From NCBI GenBank assembly GCA_038144595.1, contig JAYQOB010000006.1, positions 68,013-132,012 of the forward strand: 64,000 nucleotides of DNA, given 5' to 3'. The stretch is from Candidatus Poseidoniales archaeon (GTDB lineage Archaea; Thermoplasmatota; Poseidoniia; Poseidoniales; Poseidoniaceae). Both the position numbers and the translations under genes were made by a program. Shown piece by piece: positions 52,320 through 61,900 of this stretch (position 1 is the stretch's first letter; each line of letters starts with the position of its first letter). The notes beneath the pieces are model-generated. The model was not told the DNA's origin. It was given only the letters and a program-made list of their open reading frames with translations, and searched no databases.

Positions 52320-54035
52320 TCAGTTGTGGTTGACCCCGACCCAAGTGTCGATGGCTCGGCTAAAGTGGTCCCAACCGTTGGAGTAGTACAAACCGAGAAG
52401 GTCGAACACGTCGTCGTAGTGGGTCAAATCACGGTCGGCCATGCGCTGGATGGCATCTGCTCGGCGAAGCATTTCGTCGTAGATATCACGCTTGTTGGCA
52501 AAACCTGCCATGGCTGCAATCTTGTTTTCGAGCAGGTGGGACTGGAACATACCGCGGAAGTAGTGCTTGTCCTTGACCGGGTCCCACTCAAACATACCGC
52601 GGGTCAGCACACCGTCGCTGTGCTTGTTGTAGCCGATGACTTCGTCGATACCGGTGATACGTCGGGCAATACCGCCACCCGGCGCCTCCACGACTTCCTG
52701 GAAAATGGCGAAATTCAGGTTATCGAAGAACCGAATCGGGACGTTGATCGGGTCACCGGTGAAACGTTGAATCATCTTGACGATGGAGGAGGCGTGGAAG
52801 GTAGCGATGACAGGGTGGCCTGTTTGCATGGCTTGGAAGGCGGTCGCACCCTCGACACCACGGATTTCACCGATGATGATGTAGCGTGGACGGCTACGCA
52901 AGGCGGCTTTGAGCAGGTCGAACATCTCAACACGGGAATCTTCGTTCTTGGCGTCACGGGTGACCAGGCGCTGCCAAATCTTGTGGCGCACCTTCACCTC
53001 AGGTGTGTCTTCTGCGGAGTAAATCTTCACGTTGTGGTCGATGAACGGGAGAATGGCATTGAGCGTCGTGGTTTTTCCCGATGCGGTTTCTCCCGACACC
53101 AGCACCGACATGCCGTATTCGAGGCAGATCCAAATGTACGCCGCTTGCTGCGCTGACATCGTCCCCCATTTGATGAGTTGAATCACCGAGATGGTTTCCT
53201 CTGCGAACTTACGAATGGTGAACGAAGGCCCGAGCATGGAGACGTCGTCGGAGAAGATGATGTTGATACGTGAACCGTCGAGCAACACACCGTCGATGAT
53301 GGGTTTGTTGTCCGACACCGGTCGGCCGATGCGTTCCGACATGGCACGAAGATAACGGGAAAGCAGCTCTCGCTCACGGAACCGAATGTTGGAAGTGACC
53401 ATGCCGAACACCTTGTGGTCCATGTGAATGTGTTTCAGCCCGACCGAGTGAATATCTTCCAGCATTTCGTCGGACAGCAGCGGCTCAAGCGGCCCGTTTC
53501 GAATCAAATCTCGAATCACGACGTACGTCAGCCGCTCTCGTTGGGCTTGGGTCACGGTCAAACGTTTGTCGTCCATGCCGATGAGTTCCCACATGCGCCC
53601 TTGACGACGAACAAGGTTGTTCGCCTCGGTGTCGAGGATGGTGTAGCGCTCAATCATTTGCTGGAGGATGTTCTCAAATTCGTTGTCGGTCGTGAACGAA
53701 GGGGCGGTGGGGGCTTCCTGAAGCAGGGTCTCCACAAGCTCACGGCGAATGTTCTCCTCTTCCTCCGTGAGTTGCGGCTCGAGTCCGAACCACAGAATGG
53801 TACCGCCGCCGTCGTCGTCGGCAGGAGGCTCGTAAATGTGGACGAAGATGGGTTCGCGAGTGACGTAGATAAGGTTGAGCGGACGTTGTTTCTTGGCGTC
53901 GCGGTCCAGTGGACCGTAGTACATCGGACGAGAGCCGTAGCGCATCTCGAAGTCGCGGACCCATTCTGCGACGTGCGGGTAAGCCGCCATGACGCCGTTG
54001 AGGTCGCCTTTTGCGAATCGAGGTTCGTCAGCCAT
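52320..54035 (-). CDS. flaI: Archaellum assembly/motor ATPase FlaI/ArlI
   Basis: Walker A SGETASGKTTTLN. Walker B/Asp-box IIIGEIRG. His box. AGGAGGAGGA SD upstream. Confidence 0.95.
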   Translation of the reverse strand: MADEPRFAKGDLNGVMAAYPHVAEWVRDFEMRYGSRPMYYGPLDRDAKKQRPLNLIYVTREPIFVHIYEPPADDDGGGTILWFGLEPQLTEEEENIRRELVETLLQEAPTAPSFTTDNEFENILQQMIERYTILDTEANNLVRRQGRMWELIGMDDKRLTVTQAQRERLTYVVIRDLIRNGPLEPLLSDEMLEDIHSVGLKHIHMDHKVFGMVTSNIRFRERELLSRYLRAMSERIGRPVSDNKPIIDGVLLDGSRINIIFSDDVSMLGPSFTIRKFAEETISVIQLIKWGTMSAQQAAYIWICLEYGMSVLVSGETASGKTTTLNAILPFIDHNVKIYSAEDTPEVKVRHKIWQRLVTRDAKNEDSRVEMFDLLKAALRSRPRYIIIGEIRGVEGATAFQAMQTGHPVIATFHASSIVKMIQRFTGDPINVPIRFFDNLNFAIFQEVVEAPGGGIARRITGIDEVIGYNKHSDGVLTRGMFEWDPVKDKHYFRGMFQSHLLENKIAAMAGFANKRDIYDEMLRRADAIQRMADRDLTHYDDVFDLLGLYYSNGWDHFSRAIDTWVGVNHN

Positions 54036-54048
54036 GATATCCTCCTCC

Positions 54049-54786
54049 TCAGCTCACCGCCGTGATGTCAACGATGAAGCCCATACCGGGCTCAACACGC
54101 CAACCAACGGATGTTTGAATCGGCCCTGCTGCACGAAGGAACCGTGTGATGATGATGTTGCGCTTCAACTCGCCACCGATCATGGCGTTGTCCAGATCGA
54201 GAACGACCTCGGCAGAGGCCCGCAAGGTATGCAGAAGTGAATGGTCCATTTCTTCTGGGTCAGCACAGAGCATGAAGGAGCGTCCGTCAGAGGCGAGTTT
54301 GCGAAGTTGTTGGATCAGGTTGTAGTGGTCCGCTTTTGTGCCGCCTTCCGGCATCAACGAACTCGCAGAATCCAACACGATGACATCGGCCGCCGGGATG
54401 GCTGGGCTGCTGAGCACTTCTTGGAGCGACACGTCTTGACGGGCATCCGCCACCGTACCGTAGCGACTGAGCACCATGACACGGCCCTCTCGGATGGCGT
54501 CGGTCATGCCGTAGCCGATGCTCTCCATCTGTTCGATCCATCCACGCGTGGTGAGTTCGGTCGTGATGACCAGCACCTTGACCCCGTTGTGAACCATGCC
54601 GTGAATGAGGCGCTGGGCGATGAGGGATTTCCCCGCACCGACCTTGCCCTGCAGAAGGTAGAGCGAGCGATTTGGCAGTCGCAGTCCCATCGAGTCCGCC
54701 AACGAATCGGTTTCAACCTCAAAGGGGAAGCCGTCTTCCACAGGCTTGTGGGCCGTCATGAAGGGGTTTTCGTCAGGAGAAAGCAT
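54049..54786 (-). CDS. flaH: Archaellum RecA/KaiC-like ATP-binding protein FlaH/ArlH
   Basis: Walker A QGKVGAGKS, VLVITTE. Canonical operon position between flaG and flaI. Alternative start at 54759. Confidence 0.85.
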   Translation of the reverse strand: MLSPDENPFMTAHKPVEDGFPFEVETDSLADSMGLRLPNRSLYLLQGKVGAGKSLIAQRLIHGMVHNGVKVLVITTELTTRGWIEQMESIGYGMTDAIREGRVMVLSRYGTVADARQDVSLQEVLSSPAIPAADVIVLDSASSLMPEGGTKADHYNLIQQLRKLASDGRSFMLCADPEEMDHSLLHTLRASAEVVLDLDNAMIGGELKRNIIITRFLRAAGPIQTSVGWRVEPGMGFIVDITAVS

Positions 54787-55264
54787 TCAATCTCACCTCC
54801 GCACTGGTGGTCGCTGAGTGGGTGTTTCCGCTGACTCGCTCGGACACACCGACAAAGAAGACCGAGATGTCTTCGCCGTCAGCGTAGGTCCACGAGCTGT
54901 TGGTCAGCACAATCTCAAGCAGGTCGCCAGGATTCCATTCCGTTCCGCTCGGGAGTACGGCTTCTGTGCTCGTGGGCGGCACTTCACCGTCGATGAGAAC
55001 TTCGTAGTTGGACGTGTCCAGATCATAACTTCCGGTGTTCAGGAAGTACAGGGTGATGGTATCGCTGCTGTTGTTGTAGGCCACCATCGCAGGATCGCCT
55101 GCAAGCGCAACGCTCACACCGCTCCTCACGTCAGAGGCCCGCTCGTTCACCTGGACGACGCGAACGGCATCGCTCCATTCAGCGATGAGCAGAGCGCTCG
55201 CACCGCCCGAAATGAGCAAAGCCGTGATCAGCATGACCATTGAAGAAGCACCTCCGTCCGCCAT
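54773..55264 (-). CDS. flaG: Archaellum protein FlaG/ArlG-like
   Basis: N-terminal helix MADGGASSMVMLITALLISGGASALLI followed by a beta-rich domain. Operon position supports the call. Confidence 0.65.
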   Translation of the reverse strand: MADGGASSMVMLITALLISGGASALLIAEWSDAVRVVQVNERASDVRSGVSVALAGDPAMVAYNNSSDTITLYFLNTGSYDLDTSNYEVLIDGEVPPTSTEAVLPSGTEWNPGDLLEIVLTNSSWTYADGEDISVFFVGVSERVSGNTHSATTSAEVRLNAFS

Positions 55265-55268
55265 TCCA

Positions 55269-55914
55269 TCACCACAACCCGTGTGCTACGGTGGTTGAAC
55301 CCACCGAAATTGTCATTCGTTCATCGCCGGGCAGACCGGTGTCAAACCAGTTCAAGAAGAGCGTTTCACCTGAAAACCAGAGATTGGTCAACGGCGGATT
55401 GTAAACGCGACGAAAACTGCGTCGCATTTTGGCCGTCAAGGAACACCCAAACATCGTCGTGATTGATGGTGGTCGAGCCGGTATTGGTCACGTTGGCGTA
55501 GAGCACATTGCCGAGTACGGCGGTCAAACTGGCAGTCGAGGTTGGCGTTCCGCCACCGTTCACGACCAAGGTTGGGAGCGAGGAATAATTTCCGTGGCTG
55601 GTGATCACCACGGAAGTGATGGCTCCCGTACCGTTTGTCGTGTAGGTCGCGGAAAATCCGCCGTTTCCGCTGGAGGCTTCAATCGTGCCTCCGCTGCTGT
55701 AGCCTGAACCGCCGTCAGCGATGGTGACGTCAACGATGGCACCGGTGAAGATCACCGCATCGTCAATGGTGAAGGTTGGCGTGGGTTCATCTGCTTCTTC
55801 AATCCGGTCAACACCGGATTCAATTTGCAGCGAAATGGCCTGATAGGCCATGGAGAACACCACCAGCATCGAAATGCCGATGATGAGCCCACCTACACCA
55901 ACCGAAGCACCCAT
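55269..55914 (-). pseudogene. flaF: Archaellum protein FlaF/ArlF-like, interrupted by a 1-nt frameshift at a T4 run (plus-strand A4, 55413-55416); pseudogene or sequence error
   Basis: ATG 55914 lies 1 nt after the upstream stop: MGASVGVGGLIIGISMLVVFSMAY. After ...LDGQNATQF, the protein-like continuation RRVYNPPLTNLWFSGETLFLNWFDTGLPGDERMTISVGSTTVAHGLW* is in the frame of ORF 55269..55454. That frame ends 4 nt before the flaG ATG. Confidence 0.6.
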
Positions 55915-55915
55915 G

Positions 55916-56773
55916 TCACTCTTCACCCCGAAGCATGTGGAGCTGTCGCCAGGACGAGACCAACGCCGAGAACACCAACAGTTGTCGGTGCGGCAAATGG
56001 TCTTCCAGCGCCGTTTCCGGATCACCCGGTTCTGCCAACTGAACGATGGCAAGAACGGCGTCGCCTTCCTCTTGGGTCAGCATGCCGGATTCCATGGCCT
56101 TCTGCGTGAAACTCACGGCGGCCATGCCGGACATGTGGTCGAGGAGCAGCGCAGCGACCGTGGGCGCACCCGTGCTGGATTGACTGCTGGACCCGCTTGA
56201 ACGAGGGGCGACGAGGAACGGGTTGGCCGCCAAGGCTTGCGCCTCGTACAACTCAACCAGTTGACCCTGGTCGTCTTCCATCATGCGAGACGAACCACCG
56301 ACTTCCACAACCTCGCCGCTGGCGGTGATGATGCGGTCGCCGGTTGTCCCGTCAGCGTCGTCGTCGGACGCATCGCTCTCGTGGCTCTCACCGTCTGCAC
56401 CAGCCTCGGCGTTGACGGATACGCCTTCTTCGAGGCGATGTTCCACCATTCGCAGGACGTCCTCAACCATGTCGAGGCGGCTGCTGATGAGGCGCTCAAG
56501 GCCAGAGGTGTCGACCGTCGCAGGAGCGGCTGGTACCGGCGTGGGGGCCGGTGCGAGCGTGGCTGCGACGTTGGGGACACTCTGTTGGCTGTTGATCCGA
56601 GCACGTGTTGGTCCGGGGGAAATCGTCCACGCGTCCTCCTCTGTGAGCATTCCCTGTTCAGGGAAAGGCACCTGCTCAATGGCCACGTTGGCCAAGATTT
56701 TCAGGCGCTCTTCGCTCAAGTTTTGGTCTGCGCTTTTGTTTCCACCCGAGTTTCCACTAAATGGCCATGCCAT
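55916..56773 (-). CDS. Acidic hypothetical protein occupying the FlaC/D/E position of the archaellum operon
   Basis: 285 aa. Strong SD GGAAGGAGGT 6 nt upstream of ATG 56773. Pro/Ala linker, acidic stretch (ESHESDASDDDADG). No motif I recognise. Confidence 0.55.
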   Translation of the reverse strand: MAWPFSGNSGGNKSADQNLSEERLKILANVAIEQVPFPEQGMLTEEDAWTISPGPTRARINSQQSVPNVAATLAPAPTPVPAAPATVDTSGLERLISSRLDMVEDVLRMVEHRLEEGVSVNAEAGADGESHESDASDDDADGTTGDRIITASGEVVEVGGSSRMMEDDQGQLVELYEAQALAANPFLVAPRSSGSSSQSSTGAPTVAALLLDHMSGMAAVSFTQKAMESGMLTQEEGDAVLAIVQLAEPGDPETALEDHLPHRQLLVFSALVSSWRQLHMLRGEE

Positions 56774-56789
56774 GTGATAACCTCCTTCC

Positions 56790-56809
56790 GAGAGTCAAAA
56801 CTGACTCTC
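56790..56809 (-). promoter_or_regulatory. Perfect 8-bp hairpin (GAGAGTCA-aaac-TGACTCTC) between the archaellin genes and the downstream accessory genes
   Basis: Read directly from the sequence. It lies 75 nt after the flaB2 stop and 17 nt before ATG 56773. Possible attenuator or processing site. Confidence 0.4.
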
Positions 56810-56884
56810 AGAAGTGATCAAACCACAAGAGCGCCAGCAGTTGTATCGTCAATTGTGACGTCTCGTAGGTTGTTCCACCACCGT

Positions 56885-57375
56885 TCAAGACGTGAAGGTA
56901 GAGTTGGAACTTGTGATTGGATCTCCGCCTGCGTCTGTTGCTGCAGGACCACAATCAACTGTTGCACTTGTTGCATCGATATGTACAATGTAACCATCAC
57001 CAACATTCATTAATGTAGTTGCTGTTGCAAGGTCGGCTTCGTCTTCCATTGTGTGTACGTCAGTGTTAGCCAGTTCACCCTCAACAACACCGTTTGCACA
57101 GAACAACTGATAGGTGATTGGAATGGGAGCGTTGGTTCGCTACCAGGTGCAAGACGAACGAGGAGGTGGAATTCATCTGTTTGCGCAGTGGCGGAACCCG
57201 TCCCAACGTAAGCAGTGTTGATCATGATCTTCCCGCTCATTTCGTCAGCGGTGTCATCACCGGCGGTTTGTGCGTTCTGTTGAAGTTTTTCAGCGGTCTG
57301 AATGATGACTGCAGCAGCAACGGCTGCAACAAGAATCAGAGCGATGAAGACAATCATGGCACCGATACCGATGGC
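56885..57375 (-). pseudogene. flaB: Archaellin paralog 2: no start codon upstream of its conserved AIGIGA cleavage motif, plus an internal frameshift near 57118-57130
   Basis: AIGIGAMIVFIALILVAAVAAAVIIQTAEKLQQNAQT is identical to flaB1 at the protein level. After ...VRLAPGSEPTLP, the flaB1-like continuation ITYQLFCANGVVEGELANTDVHT...GDGYIVHIDAT...* lies in the frame of ORF 56885..57106. Confidence 0.65.
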
Positions 57376-58010
57376 TAGAGAATCTTGTCCTTTGGATTGA
57401 ACATGGACTGTTGGTCTTCAAATGACCACCTCGCCGTCAGCACAGATCCGCCGTAGTTCAAGACTTCGTAGGTGAAACCACCTGTTCCAGATTGAACGTT
57501 GAATGTGTGTTGTGCGTTTGCTGTTGGTTGGCAAGGTTGTTGGGTCAAGCTGGATGGTGTAGGTTTCACCAGGCTGAATGGTTGTAGCTGCATTTCCGGC
57601 CATATCCCTGTTCCAAGGTCAGAGGCAGCACGGTGAACCGTGGTTGTTTCATCGTTAAAGTTCCCAGCGTCAAGTCCACCGTTAGCACCATCATCACAAG
57701 TGATGACCCACTGAATCGTGTGGCTGACAACTGGGTCCGAACCAGGTGCCAATTCAAAGGTCACATACAGGTCATCAGTGTTTGTGATAATCACCGACTT
57801 GATGGTAATCTTTGATGCCATCATGTCGGTTGTATCCTCACCCGTGGTCTGTGCGTTCTGCTGCAGCTTTTCTGCCGTCTGAATAATGACAGCAGCAGCC
57901 ACTGCTGCGACCAAGATCAGCGCAATGAACACAATCATTGCCCCAATACCGATGGCCGCAACGTTGTCGCGGTTTTCGTTCTTCATTTCTTTCTTCATGT
58001 TTTTCACCAT
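57375..58010 (-). CDS. flaB: Archaellin (FlaB/ArlB) paralog 1 with a class III signal peptide
   Basis: ATG 58010: MVKNMKKEMKNENRDNVAA/IGIGAMIVFIALILVAAVAAAVIIQTAEKLQQNAQT. The track's longer N-terminus overlaps the upstream gene and is rejected. An internal segment of about 85 nt looks better in another frame (see findings). Confidence 0.8.
   Translation of the reverse strand: MVKNMKKEMKNENRDNVAAIGIGAMIVFIALILVAAVAAAVIIQTAEKLQQNAQTTGEDTTDMMASKITIKSVIITNTDDLYVTFELAPGSDPVVSHTIQWVITCDDGANGGLDAGNFNDETTTVHRAASDLGTGIWPEMQLQPFSLVKPTPSSLTQQPCQPTANAQHTFNVQSGTGGFTYEVLNYGGSVLTARWSFEDQQSMFNPKDKIL
57846..57956 (-). repeat. 111-nt paralogous block shared with 57265..57375 (archaellin N-terminal helix)
   Basis: 37 codons are identical at the amino-acid level. 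By my count 19 of the 37 codons differ, and every difference is synonymous. Confidence 0.85.
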
Positions 58011-58053
58011 TTTTTGTTTTCTTCCCCGCCGCTGCGGGTGGAACAGGATGCGG

Positions 58054-58995
58054 TCAAAGAGCACCTCCTTGACCGAGGTTGATGCGAAGCGGCATGCGGA
58101 GCACGGCGACTTCGTCTGGAGCAAGATTACGAATGAAGGGCACCTCTTCGGCGGAGAAGCCGGGAGGAATCCAGGGCGTGAGCAGAACTTCAGAAAGCGG
58201 TTCCATCGAACGGTTCTGAACGCGCATGGTGACCGTGATTTCACCCGACCGCATCTCGTAGGCAGTGGCCACCGACAACTTGCGGGTCAGCGGGATGTCC
58301 TCGGATGAAAGGCGGTAGTCAGGCTGGATGTCAAAGCGGAGCGGGATGTTGCCGCCGGGGGCGATGATGGGCAAGTCAACGTTGGGCGGATTGGCCGTCC
58401 AGCCCTCGGGCACGGGCGGCTTCAAGCGCAGCATCGGCATGGGAATGGGGCCGTCGTTGATGATGCGGACCAGCAACACACCGGATTCTCCACCGGCAGG
58501 CCAGCGGGTGTCCACGCCCATCCAGAAGTGGCGGAACAAGAACGGGTTGAGCGTTGAGGTGTTGCCGCCAATCATGTCTTCGAGCAGGTCTTCGACCTCT
58601 TCGGTAGAGGCACGAATGTCCCCCATCTCGGCTGCGGCGGTCGCCTCTCGGAGTTTGTAGAGGATGCGCTCGGCTTCTTCGAGGGAAATGTGCTTATGCA
58701 CCAGCAAACGATGGAGCATGGCGATGCTGCGGCGAAGGTGCAGAACGTCCTCCTCCAACTCCTCAAGGGTCTTTTCTGCCCGACGAAGCGATTTTTTGGC
58801 TTTGCTCAGTTGGTGCAGGCTCAGGTGAACCTTGACCTCGCCGAGGTCCATCTCAGTTTCCGCCAGCGAAGGGTTCTCGCGCTTGGCGGCCTGCCGAGCG
58901 ATACGCTCGAGGGTTTGCGAGGCTTCGAGGATGCCTTGCTCGCGCTCGGCACGCTCTTGCGCCATCATGTCCGCCAAGGCGTCGTCTTCAGGCAT
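58054..58995 (-). CDS. Hypothetical coiled-coil + beta-domain protein, translationally coupled to the upstream 1,665-aa gene
   Basis: ATG 58995 overlaps the upstream stop by 8 nt (GATGCCTGA). The N-terminal half is heptad-like and charged (MAQERAEREQGILEASQTLERIARQAAK...). The C-terminal half is beta-rich (ITVTMRVQNRSMEPLSEVLLTPWIPPGF, CARDB-like). Confidence 0.6.
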   Translation of the reverse strand: MPEDDALADMMAQERAEREQGILEASQTLERIARQAAKRENPSLAETEMDLGEVKVHLSLHQLSKAKKSLRRAEKTLEELEEDVLHLRRSIAMLHRLLVHKHISLEEAERILYKLREATAAAEMGDIRASTEEVEDLLEDMIGGNTSTLNPFLFRHFWMGVDTRWPAGGESGVLLVRIINDGPIPMPMLRLKPPVPEGWTANPPNVDLPIIAPGGNIPLRFDIQPDYRLSSEDIPLTRKLSVATAYEMRSGEITVTMRVQNRSMEPLSEVLLTPWIPPGFSAEEVPFIRNLAPDEVAVLRMPLRINLGQGGAL

Positions 58996-61900
58996 CGTCT
59001 TCCACCTCCTCTTCGGCCCCTTCTTCCGCCTCAAATACGAGATCGGTCGCGGGTTCCTTTTCACCCTCGTCTGAGATGATGGGTTCGGACGCCCCACCGG
59101 CAGGCGCAGCAGCACCACCTGTGGTTGCAGCGGCCACCGGAGCGCGTTCACCGAGAATCGCAGAGAAGTCAAGTCCTTCATCGGCCAAGTCGTTGAGCAA
59201 GCGGGCGGGGTCGCTCAAATCACGCTCGATGCGAATGGACTTGACCTCAGCATCCGTCATGCGACCGTAGAGGTTGCCGTACATCTTGTCCGAGCGCTTG
59301 AGCAGGTACCAGACACCGGCCATGATGATGAAGAAGTACGCCGCCATGACCACCAAGTTGTCGCTGTCCGTGGAAAGTTGGGGCGGGAGTCCAAGAACGA
59401 TCGCAAGCATCCCCAGCACCGGGATGGACAAGATGATGGTCAACTGCCGTCGGCTGTCCTTGAGGGCTTCAAAGTGGTCAGAATACACCGTGGAAGTCCC
59501 CTTTCTGGCACGCTGATAGTCTTCGTGAATGAGTCTGAACTCGTCGCTGCTCTTCCACGTCATGCGCCAAATCCACAGGGCACTCAAGGCGAGAATGGCG
59601 GGGCCGTAATACGGGACTTGGAACAGGTGGAAGGCAAAGCCAAAGGCGATCACGCCAGCATAGACGCCACCGAGTTGCCACTTCTCGGACTGGCTGGAGA
59701 GGCGAACGAACACGAAGGAAAGCAACGCCGCCACAACACACGCTACAAAGGCGATGGAAAGGTCGGGTGACCACGATTGAACGGTCTCTTCACCGAGGTC
59801 AACCCCTTGTGAACGGTCGTTGGTTTCGTCGTTGCCGTCGCCGACGTAGAGGAAGGAAAGGGAGGCGTCGCACTGAACGGTACGCTCAACTTCCCACCAG
59901 TCGATCGTGACCGGACGCACGTCCCACGTGAAGGTGTGCTCGGCGTTGGCTGCCATGATGGGCACCATGTCGGGGACACTGAGCACGTCGACAGCCCCGT
60001 TGCAATCCAACATGGCTGAAACACCGAGGGCTTGAGCCGTGCCGTCGTTGCGCACGGTTACCTGATACTGTGTTTCTTGACCTTCGTAGAAGGCTTCGGG
60101 GTCAACCGGGCCTTGGGCGTGAATGGCCGGGTCGGCGAAGACGGCCAGCTGGTAGGTGAAGACGTCCTCTTCGTAGACGGTGTAGCCGCTGTTCTCGTCA
60201 GGGTGATAGAGGCGGAAGGTGAGGTCCCATCCGTCGCCGGGAAGAATGTTGGGCGGGTTGGGCGCATCAACGATGAGTTCGATCGGGGCGCTGGTGACCC
60301 AGGGCTGTCGGCTTGGCAAAGTGATGCGGGATTCGGGACCCAGCGAAGTCGAACCGCAGAAGGCCGACATGTTGAGTGGGTAGTCGGTGTCATCGACCCG
60401 AACGGCAAACGTCCAACCGTAGAGGGAAGCGTTCTGGCCAAGGTCGTCCACATCGAGGAGGCGTTCGGCACGGCACAATTCAAGTTCGTACGCCACGGCA
60501 CTCTCGGGCCCCATTGGGATGTGCGAATAGACGATGGAGAAACTCTGCGGTCCATTGTCACTTGGTGGCGTGACCGAGGTGTCGCCGAGTTCGAAGAACC
60601 GATTCATTCGCAGGTCTGTGTAGTACTCTGCACTGCCTTGGACCGCCTCTTCGGTGGGGTCGAGGGTGAGGATGAGGTTGGCGGCCAGTGTCAACGCCGG
60701 TTGGACGGCGACGCTGCTGATGCTGAAGGAGAAGGGGACGGTTTCGCCACGTGGAAGGAACAGGCGAGAAGGAGCGGTTGGAGAGACTTCCCAATCCAAG
60801 CTCGGTGTGGTCAAACCACCCTGAAGCAGGGTATAGGTCACGTTGACTTCAACGTCCTTGTTGCCGGTGTTGGTGATTTTCACGTCCCACGTTCGGCTGA
60901 TACCGCGGTGATAATCCATGGTCGTTGGCCAGTCCTCAACTTCAACGAGGAACAACGGTGCCACCACGAAGCGGAAGGTGTGCACCTTGAGTTCATCTCC
61001 CGTGGTAGCGTTGAGGACACGAATGGTGACGGGGTACAGCGCACCGTTGGCCATGCTGTTGTCGTCGGTCAAGGCCGGAACGTCGACATCAAACGAGCCC
61101 GTGTAGGTAGCACCCACGTCAAGGCTCAACGGGAGCGAAGCAGGTGTTACGGTCCAGTTGCCGGCCACCGAAGTTTCCACAATGACATCTTCAACGAGAT
61201 TCCCGTTGTTGATGAGGGAGAAATCTACGGTTTGCGTTTCGCCAGGAACAACACCGATCTCTTCCAAGGTACCGACCACAAGGCCGTGTTGCTCACTGAT
61301 GTTGCCGAGGATGTTGGCCGAGAGGTTCAGGCCGGATTCGACGTTCGAGACCCAAACGGTGGCGTAGTAGTTGGCGGCGGCGAGCGCGTCGGTGGTCGGC
61401 GTGAGACGCACGCGCACGGTGGATTCGTACCCAGCACCAATCTGGACGACGGTGGGCGTTTCGAGCACGAAATCGATTTCACCGGCGTTCGACGTATCGA
61501 GGTAGACGCCAAAGGTGGCGGGCGTGTTGCCGTCGTTGCTGATGATGACGCTCGTGGTGATCGTCTCGCCGATGGAGAGGTTCACGGTTTGGCTGGTGGG
61601 CGAGAGTGAAGCGTTGACTTTCTCGCCCACACGAATGGGCACCTCAAACGACGCAATGTACGTGCCCGAGGACATCTCAAACACGTCGATGCCGATGGGC
61701 TCCACGCTGTTGGCCGGGGCTTCGGGGTCCGTGGTGAGAATGAGCGGGAAGGTGGTGATGTGCGTTGAAGCGTTTGACGGGTAATCGGCCACATCGGCGG
61801 GCACGTCGGTGACCGTGGTGGATGGCATGATGCTGCTGGTGCTGAACGAAACATCCCAGCCGTCCGGGACTTGGTCGTTCAGTACCAGGCGGTAGGAGGT

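Noticed and set aside
51249-53156. Plus-strand 635-aa ORF
   Set aside because: It is antisense to flaJ/flaI, with off-frame composition.
57370-57385. Programmed ribosomal frameshift joining flaB1 to flaB2
   Set aside because: The junction (aag att ctc tag cc) has no slippery X-XXY-YYZ heptamer and no obvious downstream structure. An indel or assembly problem is the simpler explanation, though a fusion is kept as a speculative alternative in the findings.
58011-59181. Upstream extensions of the flaB1 ORF (to 58244) and of the 375-aa ORF (to 59181)
   Set aside because: The extensions overlap the preceding genes, are basic and low-complexity, and precede much better starts: a class III signal at 58010 and a coupled ATG at 58995.
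60032-61609. Plus-strand 525-aa ORF
   Set aside because: It is antisense to the 1,665-aa surface-protein gene.
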